A program made the translations under genes and the position numbers. DNA of 63,600 nt, filler included, from Rhabdomonas costata (taxonomy: Eukaryota), in the NCBI GenBank assembly GCA_019059605.1. It is 35 parts of 35 records of this genome, joined end to end, with 100 filler letters (N's around TTAATTAATTAA, not from the genome) between each part and the next. Parts side by side here need not be neighbours in the genome. Positions count along the whole stretch, not along the records: positions 12,737 to 14,451 come from JAHMHO010010108.1; positions 14,552 to 16,270 come from JAHMHO010010109.1; positions 16,371 to 18,089 come from JAHMHO010010110.1; positions 18,190 to 19,908 come from JAHMHO010010111.1; positions 20,009 to 21,774 come from JAHMHO010010112.1; positions 21,875 to 23,590 come from JAHMHO010010113.1; positions 23,691 to 25,411 come from JAHMHO010010114.1; 28 more parts are not named here. The stretch is one strand, 5' to 3'. The notes under the pieces are model-generated. The model worked only from the letters and a program-made list of their open reading frames with translations. It ran no database searches and was not told the origin of the DNA. Below, piece after piece: positions 13,001-25,172 of the stretch (its first letter is position 1; every line of letters begins with the position of its first letter).

Positions 13001-13501
13001 AAGCCACAGATCACAACAGATCACATCAAATTACAACTCCCTTCACGAGCCCGGGGGGCAAGGACCCCCGGACCCCCCCCCCCCGTGCTCCTATCTCAGG
13101 GGACACGTGCACATCGCCATCTGACCCACTACAAACCTTCTATTAGGATCCCGGGGGGCACGTGTGTCGCTCTCTAACCCCCTGCAAACCTTTTACTGGG
13201 GTCCCACAGGACACGTGTATCGCCATGGGGGGGTGCGCTAAGTATAGTGGTAGGGAGGGGGATGCACTGAGTTTAGTAGTACCTTATGCATATAGCAACA
13301 ACTTATCAACCAATTCACCACCAGGGACCAGGGGGGTGACTCGCCATCATGCAGGTTCAGGTCTTCACATTTATATGCTCCCAGTTGAAGTGCCAACCTG
13401 TGTTCGAAACCAAAACGATAGAAAGAAGCCCCCACTACCACAGAGGAACCTGAGGGCTCTAACGCTCGCAGAAAGGCAAAGGAACCGGCGAGGCCGCGCA
13501 C

Positions 13502-14302
13502 CTTGCACTCGTAGTTTGCAAGGAGGAGGATGCGCATTCGTTCTCGAGATTCCGCCTGCTCCCGCAAGAAAGCCTCGCGCTCGCCCGTGTACAGCTCGGC
13601 GTCCGCCGTGACGCGCTCGTCCAAGTCTTTCTGAGAATGGGTGCGTCCGCAGCAGCACAGATTCTCAGGGGTTTCGGCGGGTAAAAAAATCAGCACGTGA
13701 GCTTGAAGAGTGACAAAAGAATGGCCATAAAACGGCGGGCATTAAAAAGGGAAGCAGGGAAAAGGCAAGAGTTCCAACGACCGGAACTTGAAAAGGCAAC
13801 GCTGCTGACGCAAGTATTCAGAGCTGTCCGGAAGCAAAAGATACAGTGTGGGTGGAAGGGCAGAAGAGGGCAGAAGCAGTGCGAAACAGAAATGCAAGTG
13901 ACATCTTTTCGTTCACAGGAATTTCCAAAAGAAGGGTATTAAAGGTAGTGGGAAGGGGAGCAAGTTACACGACAGGATCCGTGTGTTGTGAGTTGCGCGG
14001 TGGCATGCAGGTGCGCGAGCCGGTCACCAGAAGAATAATATAGGGCTGTGTGTTTTCTGAATCAACGAAAGAAGCTGACAAGCAAGATGCAAGTGCGAAA
14101 AGAAGCTAGAGAATGGCCAAGCACCCACCTTGGCCTCGAGGAAGGTGGAGTACTTCTTCCAGTCCACGGGGGCCAGGCCCTGCCGGGCCCGCTTGCGGTT
14201 GACGGCCCACTGGTGCTGCCAGTCCAGAGCCTCGGACCGCATGCGGGCCTCCTCCGCGTCGATCTCCTGCAGCAGCTCCTGCGCCACGGCGTTGTTCTGC
14301 GC
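13502..14302 (-). CDS. Hypothetical helical protein, two internal exons 14302-14129 and 13630-13502
   Basis: Both exons are AG/GT-bounded, phase 0 and GC3-rich: AQNNAVAQELLQEIDAEEARMRSEALDW...WKKYSTFLEAK / KDLDERVTADAELYTGEREAFLREQAESRERMRILLLANYECK. Confidence 0.65.
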
Positions 14303-14606
14303 CTGAAAACCACGCACACACACAAGATTTGCGCACTTGTTAAGGGTGAATTAATTCTCACCGCGGAAGGACTACAAGCCCTCTTCCCCAAAAACTCAAC
14401 GGGGCATCGGTCCATCGGGCCTCACCTCTTCTCGATCCACCCCACAACTCTNNNNNNNNNNNNNNNNNNNNNNNNNNNNNNNNNNNNNNNNNNNNTTAAT
14501 TAATTAANNNNNNNNNNNNNNNNNNNNNNNNNNNNNNNNNNNNNNNNNNNNTTGTTGTGTTTTACCCTAAAACAAGCCAGTACATTGGTTTCCAGGCCAC
14601 TGCTAC

Positions 14607-16032
14607 CTTTGATGTAGCGCATCGCGTCGGGGGTGGCCAGGCCCAGTCTCCAGCCTTTGGCTTCGACGACGATGGTGAACTGGGAGGCCCTCGTCTCCTT
14701 TGAAACACAGCAACGTGGTTGTGCAGTGACAAAAGCACATACCAAACCAAGAGCGGCGTCTGAGCTGCCGTTGGTACAGCTCATCTGCGCAGCTTTTTTT
14801 TTTCACTAATATCATTCACACCAAATGAAACAGGGGGCAACACCAGAAAAACAACCAAAAAGCAAAGCTTGAAGTCTCAGATCTTGTGCGCGTGTACATG
14901 TACCGCCTATCCCGCCAAACGTGCAAAACTATGGAAACTCACAGGGGGCTGCATCGCGAGCATTCTGAGGTTCTTCTCGTTCTCATAGATGTGGAACCGG
15001 AGGAGGCTTTCCACGGTTGCACCCCGCTCCGTAAGCTTCCAGATCTCAAAGTTGCCCCCTGGTGAAAAATGCAAAGATAAACTAAAGAACACAGAGAGAC
15101 GAGCAATCGAGATGGAGACTTGTGCGGTTGCAACTGAAACGGACGAGCCTTGGTTTGCAGCTTAACTTTGGCGCAACTATTCTTTTGAATGGCCATTAGC
15201 CAACGCATGACTCATGATTCCGTCCGTTAGCACTTCGTTCTTTCCCACATCACCTCAAAACACAGGATTGGCTTCGCTTTTGAAGAGGTGCATGAAAAAG
15301 TAGCCCTTGTTCTGGGATTAATGCGGCTGAAACCCACTGCACAGAAAAGATAAAGCAACCGTAGGATTTGTACAGCACAGGACGACCATCGCGGTCAACG
15401 CCCTGCGACCAGCAGGGAAAGTATTGCTCAATAACAGACGCTTCAACTCCAATGATCTGCGAGGAACAATAAATCAGACCACAAACGTGCACCAAAACGC
15501 AAATCAACAAGTCTATGTCAAAGAAGAAAACCACCCATCCAGGGCACTCGAAAGAACTGGTCCCACTGGGGATGCTCCATAAAGGCAGAAAATTCCGCTG
15601 AAAGGCCAACCGACAGTGGAGTAGGGACATCCAAGTTGCTTTTTTCCCTCCGCCTCAGCTGGGCATGAAGATGCAGCCGGGGGCGGAAAAGCTGTCAGTA
15701 AGCCAGTCTTCAGTTTTAGATTTCTCAAGCAAGAAAAAGGCTTCCCAACCCAAGAATCGCCGCTGCGCTTTGGTGTTAGGCAGGAGTCAATTTCGACATA
15801 TTCGACATTTAGAAGACCTTGGGTTGAGACAATTTCGACATTCAGTGACACGTTGCAGTTCTCCGTCACACTTGGGGCATTCCTATGATGAAAAGAAAAA
15901 GTTCAAAAAGAGGACGGAAGGGGGAGATGGCGGCGAGCCTGAGACGGCTCCATCTTAATCAGCTCATCCAGCTTCATTTCCTCTCTCCACTTCACGTCCT
16001 CCGCTAACATGTCGAAGGCCTTCTTCGCGTCC
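14607..16032 (-). CDS. CRAL-TRIO/Sec14 lipid-binding protein, partial; exons 16032-15939, 15456-15360, 15058-14943, 14697-14607 (first intron GC-AG)
   Basis: Spliced DAKKAFDMLAEDVKWREEMKLDELIKMEPSQ-IIGVEASVIEQYFPCWSQGVDRDGRPVLYKSYG-GNFEIWKL...LLRFHIYENE...-FTIVVEAKGW. GVDRDGRPV is the CRAL-TRIO signature. Confidence 0.9.
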
Positions 16033-17349
16033 CTTTATTGAAAGTAACGAACAAGAATACTGGGCCCGAGATTGTCCACTGAAGGAATAAAAACATGCAC
16101 GCTTTCTGAGCACAGAGTGCTGGATCAAACGATGGTACAATCAATTCGAAAGCATGATCAATTAACGACCCCCTGAGCTCCTATTCAAAATCAAACGAGA
16201 GCAAAATACCATTTTCTGGCCTTCAGAAACCGCACTAGAAGATCCCCCACAGTTTCTCCAGAGGTTGCCGNNNNNNNNNNNNNNNNNNNNNNNNNNNNNN
16301 NNNNNNNNNNNNNNTTAATTAATTAANNNNNNNNNNNNNNNNNNNNNNNNNNNNNNNNNNNNNNNNNNNNGGTTTTTGTGCAGCAGCCATGGCAGCAAAC
16401 ACTTGGAGTGAGTGCAATGAGTACAATATTCAGTTGTTGCAAGTGGGGGACATGAAACGTTTAACGTTTAACACCGTTGAACACAAGAATTGTTTCGTGT
16501 TTTCGGGAATTTGTTGTCCAAGCATGGGGGTTAGATAAGTGGGCCTGTACCCACTAGGGGATGTTATTTTTCACGGGGTTTAGGCATACTGTGCCACTGC
16601 CTCCTAGATTTTTAAGTCCTAAAGTTTTCGTTTCGGTCGTTTAACGGTGTTAGGCGTTTAACTGCCCCTCACCAAAACAAATACAATTGCACTACGTGCG
16701 TGTGTCTACGAAGGAGGACGTTTGTGCTTCGCGTGTTCTTGCTGAAGCCTTCTTTCTTATACAACCGCTGGTCCTGGTGTCCCAATAACAGGTCGGTGTT
16801 CTCGTCACTTTCCTCTCCGTTCGTCGTTTGGGCTCGGATTTGCGACTTTCCTTTTGCATCCGCACATGCTCAGGTGCCTTTCTTCTTTGTTTCTTCCTCT
16901 TCCTCCTCCCTGGTACGCCTTCCTCCTCTCAGCTGCGGCTGAACTCTTCCCCTCTTCCTAGTCCGCTCACACCTCTTCCTTGGGATGGAGAAGTCCGAGA
17001 TTGACCGGGCCATCCCCCCTGCCATCGAGTATCCCCGTCAGCCAGGTGCCCCCCTTTCTATTTCCACTTGGCTCCCAGCGTGCTCAGGTTGGAAATCACC
17101 CACCACCTCCCCCAATTCCAGTGACCAGTGTATTTCGCTGGGGAAATAAGAAGGTTTCCTGGCTCATCTCAGAAAAGAAGAAAGAACTAAAACATATTGA
17201 GTCCAACTGGTCATCCAGCAGTTCTGTCCTGTTGATATTGAAGTTTAGCTGAACCTCACAAGTAAGGACCTCGAAACCCGCGTGTTTGGTTTTTTCCTCT
17301 GCCTTTGAGTGTGGGTGTATTCATTGGGCATTATGTGGGGACGTCGCAG

Positions 17350-17941
17350 TGGACGAGGCCCTGGGGCTGCTGAAGAACATCCTGCTACTGATCGGCTTCG
17401 TGATTGTGGTGGTTTTCGTGTTCTTCCCCATCCTCGGGGGCACGGTGTTCCCGCAGTTCCAGGAGCTGTACTACATTTTCGGGGACATTGACCCCTTCGC
17501 CTTTGCAGCTCTGGGGGTTACCCTGGCCATTGGGCTTTCCATTGTGGGCGCGGCGTGGTACCCGCTCACCTTCCTCTCCCTCTCTCTCCCGCTGCCCATA
17601 AACCGCCCAGCCATTCAGCCACAAACCATGACGGGCTTGGATGGCAGCATCTATGAATTTGCGTCTGAATATCGATGAAGGTTTGCCAATAGGTCGACCC
17701 TGCCTTGGGGAGGGCAGAGAGTAACCGGTGCTTGTTCGGAAACAGGAGCCTCAAGCCAACTCCAAAAACTGGTCATCCGGAAATTCCTGAATTATGCCCT
17801 GATGTCGGATGACGGATGGCGTCTTTCTTATCTTTCACGTCGGGCAATTTTGGCAAGTCTCAGGGGGATCTTCCTGACGGGTTCCAGCATCTCGGGGGCG
17901 GCGATCCGCGCGCCTCACATCCGAAGCAAGAACCTCATCAG
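17350..17941 (+). CDS. VMA16: V-type ATPase proteolipid subunit c'' (VMA16/ATP6V0B), partial; exons 17350-17557, 17864-17941
   Basis: Spliced ...[63 protein letters not shown]..G....AP.I..KNLIS plus the extra N-terminal TM helix is diagnostic of c''. Confidence 0.93.
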
Positions 17942-17987
17942 GTCTTCAGTTCAGTTTCTCAAGATGGAAGCTCTGTTAGCTTTTTCA

Positions 17988-18083
17988 TGTTCTCTGTGAT
18001 GTATTTCCGAAGTGCCGTTAGAGCATCTAAAATCTAGGTTTTAGATGCTCTAACGGCACTTCGGAAATACATCACAGAGAACA
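17988..18083. other. Fold-back inverted repeat at a contig end (45-bp arms); likely amplification chimera. Similar cases at 25514-25590, 27040-27221, 36157-36320, 45518-45659, 63534-63599
   Basis: Near-perfect arms that stop at the contig edge, often next to a G/T-only or C/A-only tail. Confidence 0.8.
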
Positions 18084-18221
18084 CAAACANNNNNNNNNNN
18101 NNNNNNNNNNNNNNNNNNNNNNNNNNNNNNNNNTTAATTAATTAANNNNNNNNNNNNNNNNNNNNNNNNNNNNNNNNNNNNNNNNNNNNGGGGTTGGGGG
18201 AATAGAATGAGGCAGCGAAAC

Positions 18222-19756
18222 CGCGGAGTGCCCCCAGCGGGGCCTCGGGGGGTGCCCACAGCGGGTCTTGCCGTGGGGGCACAGCTGCACCCACGGCGGT
18301 CGGGCTGAGCCTGGCTCTGAAGGGTCTGCCACAATGGCACAAACCGCGGTGGATGCGGATCAATGATATCACTGCGTTTCGGAGGTTTTCATTGGCTCAT
18401 TACATTATTTCTTTGGTATTCTTTGGTTACAGACCTCCCCTTTAGAGTAAATTCTCTCCATGTGAACGGCACATTCTTCTGACGCCCACCTTCCCGTTCT
18501 TCCGCTGTTGTCTTCCCGTTCACAGCTCGTTTTGTCCCTCTCCACCGGTTTCGCTGCCTCACTCTATTCCCCCAATTCCCCCTCCTCTACTTCCATCACG
18601 CTTCTGACCTCTGGTTTGGTGACTGGAACCTTTTTCATCATGGGCAATTTCCCATCATGTTCTTCACCACGTTCTTGATTGCTTTCCTCATTGCCTTCCT
18701 GGAACGGTATGTTCAGCGCCATTTTGTTGAGTCTTGTTGTTGGTGGGAAGGGCGACATGGTGGTGCAAATGAAGACTGGAGACTGGGTGACCGTCATGGT
18801 GCGCCGAAATCCATCCTGTTGCATCCATCCTGGGAGCCACACCTGCCAGGTTGATCGCCCACACGTCGTTGGCCTCCCCAGTTCCGGTAAGCCCCCCGAA
18901 GACCACCATGGTGGAGCTCTCGGGGTGCAGCACCGCGGCGTGCCCACGGCGCGCGGGCGGGGGCATCCCACAGCCCCCCCACAGGATGTAGAACAACGAG
19001 CTGCATTGCAAAGTCCACACCATCGTCGACGTGGGCTGTGCCGCTGACCAGCTCAAGCTCCACAGGTCACTGGGGGAGGGAGGGGGGAGCAAGCCACCCA
19101 AAAGGGGTGAATCAGCTTTGTCATGAAGTCCAGTGCAGTCGAAAGCATGTTGATGAATAATGTCCTGTAGTATTAAATTGCCGTAAGGGTATCTTGGTCA
19201 GAGATGAATAATACCTGCACGACAGGCAACCAAGCTCCCACACTCAAGAGAATTTCAGGTCTCCGGTGGCGCAGACTGGCTCAGGATGTCTCTTCTGCGG
19301 TGATTGGAAATCGCTGAAGAAAAAGAAGACTCCGTGGATGTGGTGGCTGGTGTTCTTTCATCACAAGTCGAGGGCCAAGCAGGTCCGGGCTTTGTTACAT
19401 CTCAAACACCTCATAACTTGAGAACCCCGGAACTTGAGAACACGTGTGTGCCTGTGTGTATGAGGGGGCGGCGCGTGAAGGAGTGTGGGTTAGCGATCTT
19501 AAACGGTCAGCGATTTGCCTTTCTTCATTCAGCCCATTCTGTCCCCCAATCCAACAACAAGCGATGTGCGGGATTGTGCCTCATTAGGCCGTCCTTGTCG
19601 CTGTAGCCACCGAAGATCACCATTGACGAGGGCCCCACGGCCACCGCGCTGTGCCCACTGCGGGGGTACGCCGCGGGCCCACAGCTGCTGCCGGCGCAGC
19701 CTCGGGACCATGGCAGTCCTTCCACCCCGCCGTAGTCTGCGGCCAGGTCGGCCATC
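18222..19756 (-). CDS. Kelch-repeat protein, partial; exons 19756-19580, 19069-18843, 18325-18222
   Basis: Repeats PRSGHSAVAVGPSSMVIFGGYSDKDGLMSDLWSL, PARRGHAAVLHPESSTMVVFGGLTGTGEANDVWAI and PRPRWGHSA. Phases are consistent. Confidence 0.9.
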
Positions 19757-20016
19757 CTGGGCGACCCAAAACCACCCACGGAGACATCCATGATCATGTG
19801 CAGATACATCTTCATGAAAGCGTTGCGATAATGACTACAGAACTGGTTGAGCCTGATCTGTGTCACAGCAGCCTCAGATGCACACAACCACCCACACACA
19901 CCCAACACNNNNNNNNNNNNNNNNNNNNNNNNNNNNNNNNNNNNNNNNNNNNTTAATTAATTAANNNNNNNNNNNNNNNNNNNNNNNNNNNNNNNNNNNN
20001 NNNNNNNNGGTGGTGG

Positions 20017-21605
20017 GTGTCGTGCTGGCGGAACTTCTCCGTGCGGGCCTTGCTGATGGCCTCCAACTTTGCTGCCTTGGCCTGGCACTCCTTCTCCTTC
20101 TCCCGGAAATCCACCAGGGCTTGCATGTTGGGCTTCATGTGCTTCAGGCTGGATAGTATTATGTAGCATTAAAAGGGGTTGCTTTCAGTGATTCCTTCCG
20201 GTTTCTCATTGAACTTCCTGGGGCCGGGATTCCGAAGGTATGCCTAATATATATATGCGAGGAGGGAGCGGGAGGCCAGGGAAGCCAACTCTCAGGGGGG
20301 AGAGCCTTAGCCTTAGCTTACTTGGGAAGATAAGGTTTCAACACCTTCCTATTGCACTGCTATCTTTTTGGTCCAGATGATGTGTGATTGTAAGCAGCAA
20401 TCCATAAACGTTATGATCATGCCAAAACGAAACAGACCGAGAGATTAAAATTCTGCGTAATCAATGCATCTCGGCCCGTGAAAGTATTACACCATGTCGG
20501 AGATCGCAGTTTTGCTGACAAAGTGAGAGAGATGAGAGAAGGTCTGTCACCCACCTACTGCACTGCTATCGTTTCTGAACCCGGTGGATATCTGATGGCA
20601 TGGTTCTACAGGCAGCATGGTCCCAGGACGAAGGCGTAGCCTCGGATAGAAAACTTTTGCCAAGTGCAGTACCATCCATACTGCTAACCCGGAACCGGAC
20701 ACGATGACAAAGTAGCGAGTAGATTTCCACCCTCGACCACAGGCTTGCTGAGACAGCACACGACTGCCAGGTGTCCAACTTTAGCTTTCAACGAGCTTCG
20801 GCCGGGCAAAACTCCTTTTTTCCTGAGCTAGCTCAAAACTACCCGCTTCCCGATCATGAAAAGGTGATGCGCAGTGTTCTTGGTCGCGTGGTCACCATCC
20901 GAGAAAACAGAGAAACCAAAAAGAGTAAGGCAGAGCTCGTTCGTCTGTAGATGAGCAGTGCGGAAGGGGGCCAGGGGGTGCGTGGATGAGCGGCATGGCG
21001 CGTACTTCTCTTCCAGGACGCGGAGGTCGTACTGGATCCTTTCCATAGCGTACTCCTTCAGCTGCTCCGCGGAAAGCCGTGTGGTGATCGGGCCAGGGGC
21101 AGCGGCGGCCTCGCCAGCCCTCTTCCCGCCGGCAACTTTCTGGCGCTTTGCCGGACGACCTTCGCCCCGCTCTGAAGTAAACGGCCCGTCCGCCCGTCAA
21201 CTCATGCGTGCATATGAAGACCGCATGAGCCACTGTCTGACTGCTGCGGTGTTCTTGGTGAGCGGTGTCTCCAGGCCAGTTAGGTATATTGTGAAAGAAC
21301 AAAATTGCTCGTTCCACAGAACCCTCTAACACGAAGGTGCCACGAAAATCTTCCGGCTCAAAAAAATAAAAAGGGTATGTGTTGGATGCACAGGGTCGCT
21401 GTGGGTGACCGCAGTGGAGAAACGGGACTTAAAGGGTCTGCGTGTGTGTATTTAGCGCTCGCACGCACAGACAGACAAGCATTCTGGAAGCCCCCCTCAC
21501 ACAGTGTACCCCATCTCCACGGGGGAAAAAGGTGGGCACCTCTCCTTCCGGAAGAGTCCTGCGCGGTGAGCTGCTGAGTGTCGAGCTCCTCCTCGTTGTC
21601 CCCCT
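20017..21605 (-). CDS. SMC4: Condensin subunit SMC4-like, C-terminal coiled-coil part; exons 21605-21540, 21171-21006, 20148 to contig end
   Basis: Spliced ...LSAEQLKEYAMERIQYDLRVLEENLKHMKPNMQALVDFREKEKECQAKAAKLEAISKAR, resembling the SMC4 segment L..E.L......I...I..LE.....MKPNL.AI.EY..KE. Assignment among SMC paralogues is by eye. Confidence 0.72.
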
Positions 21606-21652
21606 CTGAGTTGCGGGGAAGGGAAGAGAGAAGGCATGAGAGCTGCTGTGAC

Positions 21653-21769
<117 letters not shown>

Positions 21770-22093
21770 ACACANNNNNNNNNNNNNNNNNNNNNNNNNN
21801 NNNNNNNNNNNNNNNNNNTTAATTAATTAANNNNNNNNNNNNNNNNNNNNNNNNNNNNNNNNNNNNNNNNNNNNGGGGTTTTGCTTTGCACTTTGATGAA
21901 GTCGATGCACTTTTGCAGTTTGCTTACATGCTCAGATACGGCCCTTTGGTGAGTCTTGAACTGAAGTGCTTTTGTTTTGTTTTCTTGCTCTCCAAATTCA
22001 GTAACGGGGAAGGAAAGCAGAAGCCATTGCGATGTAGTTCGCGTCCTTTTGTTGGACTCTTGATCTGAGGGTCTCTGTCTCTCTCTTCGGTAG

Positions 22094-23580
22094 ATCTCGT
22101 CGCTGATGTCTGTCGCGGAGAATGTTGTGATGCACCAGCTCTCATGGTCACTGCCGCCGGACTATACTCAGCAGGACGGCTGGGTGCTCGCCCTCCCCAG
22201 CGGGGATAACCTGCCTCCAATTCCGGTATGCCCTTCCCTCCGCACAAACAGACTCTCACGCACGCTGTATACTTCACGTTCTCTTCCTCCCTTCCCTTGC
22301 ATAAAAAGCGAACAGCGAAGATGGGTTTTGTAGAAAAAGTCTGTCCGTCTTGCTCCTCACTGCTCACGGGGGTTTTGCAATTGGCATGGGTTTCCCAGGT
22401 CATTGGGTTGGAATCCGTTTTCTTACCTTTACTTACCGTATTGCATTCTTCATGACGGCTTCACCTTCTTCCAAATCTCTCTCAGCATAAGACTGGTTAC
22501 ATTGCAGATAAGCGGTTGAGGTTGGTTGGGAATGAAACGATCCATCGTATCTTATCTTTTCTGCCTCAAAAGCCACGCAGTTCACACACTATGACCCACA
22601 AATCAGCTGTTGTTGGCACATCGGGGGCGCCACTAAATTTGTCAGGTAACACACACACTCTTTTTCCAGACCAAAACCCCAAGAGTGGGCAAGTCCTCCT
22701 TAATCAGACAACTCGGAACTGTGACCCAGCTTGAGCCTTTGGGCGTCAACCGCACGCACATGCAGCTTCACACAATCTCTGCATTTCGGGGGATGGCCGT
22801 TTCTCAGAATCCGTATCAGAAAGATGTCGATCTGGTGCGCTCCTTGGCCGACGCGTTGGCCCAGGCCATGGCTCGAGGCTTCATTCCAGGTGAGACCGGG
22901 TGCACCGCGAGCAGCTCCACGGGGTCGCCCGCCCTGATGACCTGTGTGCGGAGGTGCGGGGCGGGTTCCACCGCCTCGAACTTCAACTTCAACTCCCAGA
23001 GCGTCAGCGGCAAGCCAAGCGCCATCCAGGTGCGTCGGGTAGCTGTTTGAGCAATTATGAGGGACATCGTTCACCCGCTGAAATTGGGATGGGGGCAGAA
23101 CGTAATGCGTCCAATTTTATGCTGTTGTAATCTGGTGGTTGGGCAGTTCGAAGAGGCCCTCCGCTCTGTGGAAGTCAGCCGAACGCAGTATGAGGAGCAA
23201 AAGCGAGGGAATAAACGAATCAGGGATAGGATTGGGGACGGGTCGACGTGATTCACTCACATTCCATTCCATTTTTACGTGCACTGTGCTCTTCTTCGCT
23301 CCGTCGGTGTAGTGGTAGAGAAGCTGGCCTGGCCCTGAGCCTTTCTGCAGTTTGCTGTTGCTCAACCGACGATAGTGCAGCTTTCTTTTTCTATTCGCTC
23401 GGGCTCAAATTCAGTTTGCCGTGGAAGCTCTTTAAATTCCTGAACCCGATGTTGACACCCGTCCCCAATTTCGGCGGGGGATTTCTTGTTCTGCACGTGC
23501 AGGTTACGATGCCGCGGTCCGCTCTGGTGGGACTGGGTCTGTCGACGGTGGACATGTACATCCAGCGCTGGGAGATCACC
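22094..23580 (+). CDS. Large secreted or membrane protein, possibly REJ/polycystin-like; exons 22094-22225, 22808-23029, 23503 to contig end
   Basis: Three phase-0 AG/GT-bounded exons. LADALAQAMARGFIPGE followed by beta-rich segments (AIQVTMP...VDMYIQRW) resembles the region before the GPS motif in PKD1-like proteins. The family call is tentative. Confidence 0.5.
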
Positions 23581-23702
23581 CACCACCCCCNNNNNNNNNN
23601 NNNNNNNNNNNNNNNNNNNNNNNNNNNNNNNNNNTTAATTAATTAANNNNNNNNNNNNNNNNNNNNNNNNNNNNNNNNNNNNNNNNNNNNTTGTGTTGGG
23701 GA

Positions 23703-23975
23703 TCGCAGCAGCACCAGCACCAGCACCAGCAGCACCAGCACCAGCACCAGCAACGTGTGGCAGAAACGCCCGTCTTCAATCAGCAGCGCGGACCTCCGTT
23801 TGGGTTTCACCCTGGGGCTAACCCTGCTATGCCTGGACACACTGGTCTTGGCTTCTCAGCTCAGGTCCCCGCTTGGACTCCCGCAACCTCTGCTACTGTT
23901 TCTGGCTTCAGTGGGGGGTATGGCTACGGCGGCCATGGAGGCTTTCCGGGCCATGCTGGCTATTCTGGACGTTAG
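23703..23975 (+). CDS. C-terminal end of a low-complexity Q/H- and G/Y/F-rich protein
   Basis: Open frame QQHQHQHQQHQHQHQQRVAETPVFNQQRGPPFGFHPG...GGYGYGGHGGFPGHAGYSGR ending in TAG. Confidence 0.6.
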   Translation, partial: SQQHQHQHQQHQHQHQQRVAETPVFNQQRGPPFGFHPGANPAMPGHTGLGFSAQVPAWTPATSATVSGFSGGYGYGGHGGFPGHAGYSGR

Positions 23976-24496
23976 CGGGTCGAGGCTTGAAGAGGCAGCT
24001 TGTATATATTGCGAACGCCCCCCTCCCCCCGCTTGTGACATGATCCCTCTGACCTGGAAAGTGCATCCATTACCAAGTCTTCGTTTTACATCGTGATGTC
24101 GTGATGTCGAGCATTCTTGTCGTTCTCCGCTTTGCTAGACTTTCCTGAACGTCCATTAGCAAGTCCCTGCGCAGTACTTGCACTGCACCCTACTGCGAGT
24201 TGTAATCCCTCTCAGCGGCACCCACTGTGTGCCTTCACATATTCGAAACTGGCATCATCTTATGCTCAGAGCTGGTGGTGCATGGCCATTTGCATTTCGG
24301 ATTTGCAAGTATCAAAGCAGCCAGCAGGTCGAAATTGCCATGGAAAATATCCCAATTCATCGCGTCATTCTCTTTTACATTAATGTTGTTACCTGCTTTA
24401 CTTTATGTTAGTTCTCGTGGAAGCGGTCCTTGGTTTTCCTCCAGTGCGTTTTTCACTTGTCTTTTCTTTTGTACTTGCGATCGATTTTGCATTCCG

Positions 24497-25172
24497 ATGG
24501 GGTGTGGGTCGTCGACCAACTCGGCTGCTCCGCCACCGCCCGCGGAGACCGAGAAGTTCAAGACCGATGGGGTTCGCAAAGCGCAATTTTTATTTTGCTT
24601 CTCAACCTTTTGCACCATGAAGCTGCCGTGCACTCCGCTTTTTCCTGCTTTCTTTAAACAGACCAAGAAAACCCAGAAGAAAGCTTCCTTAGCGGCCGAC
24701 CTCCCAACTTCCAAGCCGGTTGTTCCCTTGTTACCTCCTTGTCTCGATTGGATTTGTTGGTTTTGGTGGTTCTGTAAATTGTTCTCCTGTGTGTTGGCCA
24801 TACAGGCGGAGAAGGTGGACACATCGTTGCCATCCGTCCCTGCCCAAGAGGAGGTTGTGGAAGCTCCGAAGTCGGCGCGAAAGCCCTCTTTTGGGGCGGA
24901 AATGACCCAAAGGTTAGCGGGGGGCGGCATCCCACTTGCATACCCCTCACGTACCCTATTCTTTCTATTCTCTGGTCTTTCCTGTTCTGTGTGCGTTCTT
25001 TTTTTAATGTTGTTATTTGTTGCGCCTTTTCAGTATGTCCCGTCTGGACGACGTTGCTCGGAAGCGCGAGGAGGAGGAGCAGCGAGAGATGAGCCGCAGG
25101 AAGTCCGTGCACCAAAACCAAAAGGACGAGGATGACCAAATCATGGAGGAGCTGTTCATGTTCAGCGACTTC
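24497..25172 (+). CDS. Protein with N-terminal dual-acylation motif MGCGSS, partial; exons 24497-24571, 24662-24718, 24806-24912, 25034-25172
   Basis: ATG followed by four phase-consistent exons separated by T-rich GT-AG introns of 90, 87 and 121 nt. Confidence 0.75.

Noticed and set aside
24227-25135. 302-aa single-exon ORF
   Set aside because: Read-through across T-rich introns of the spliced MGCGSS gene.
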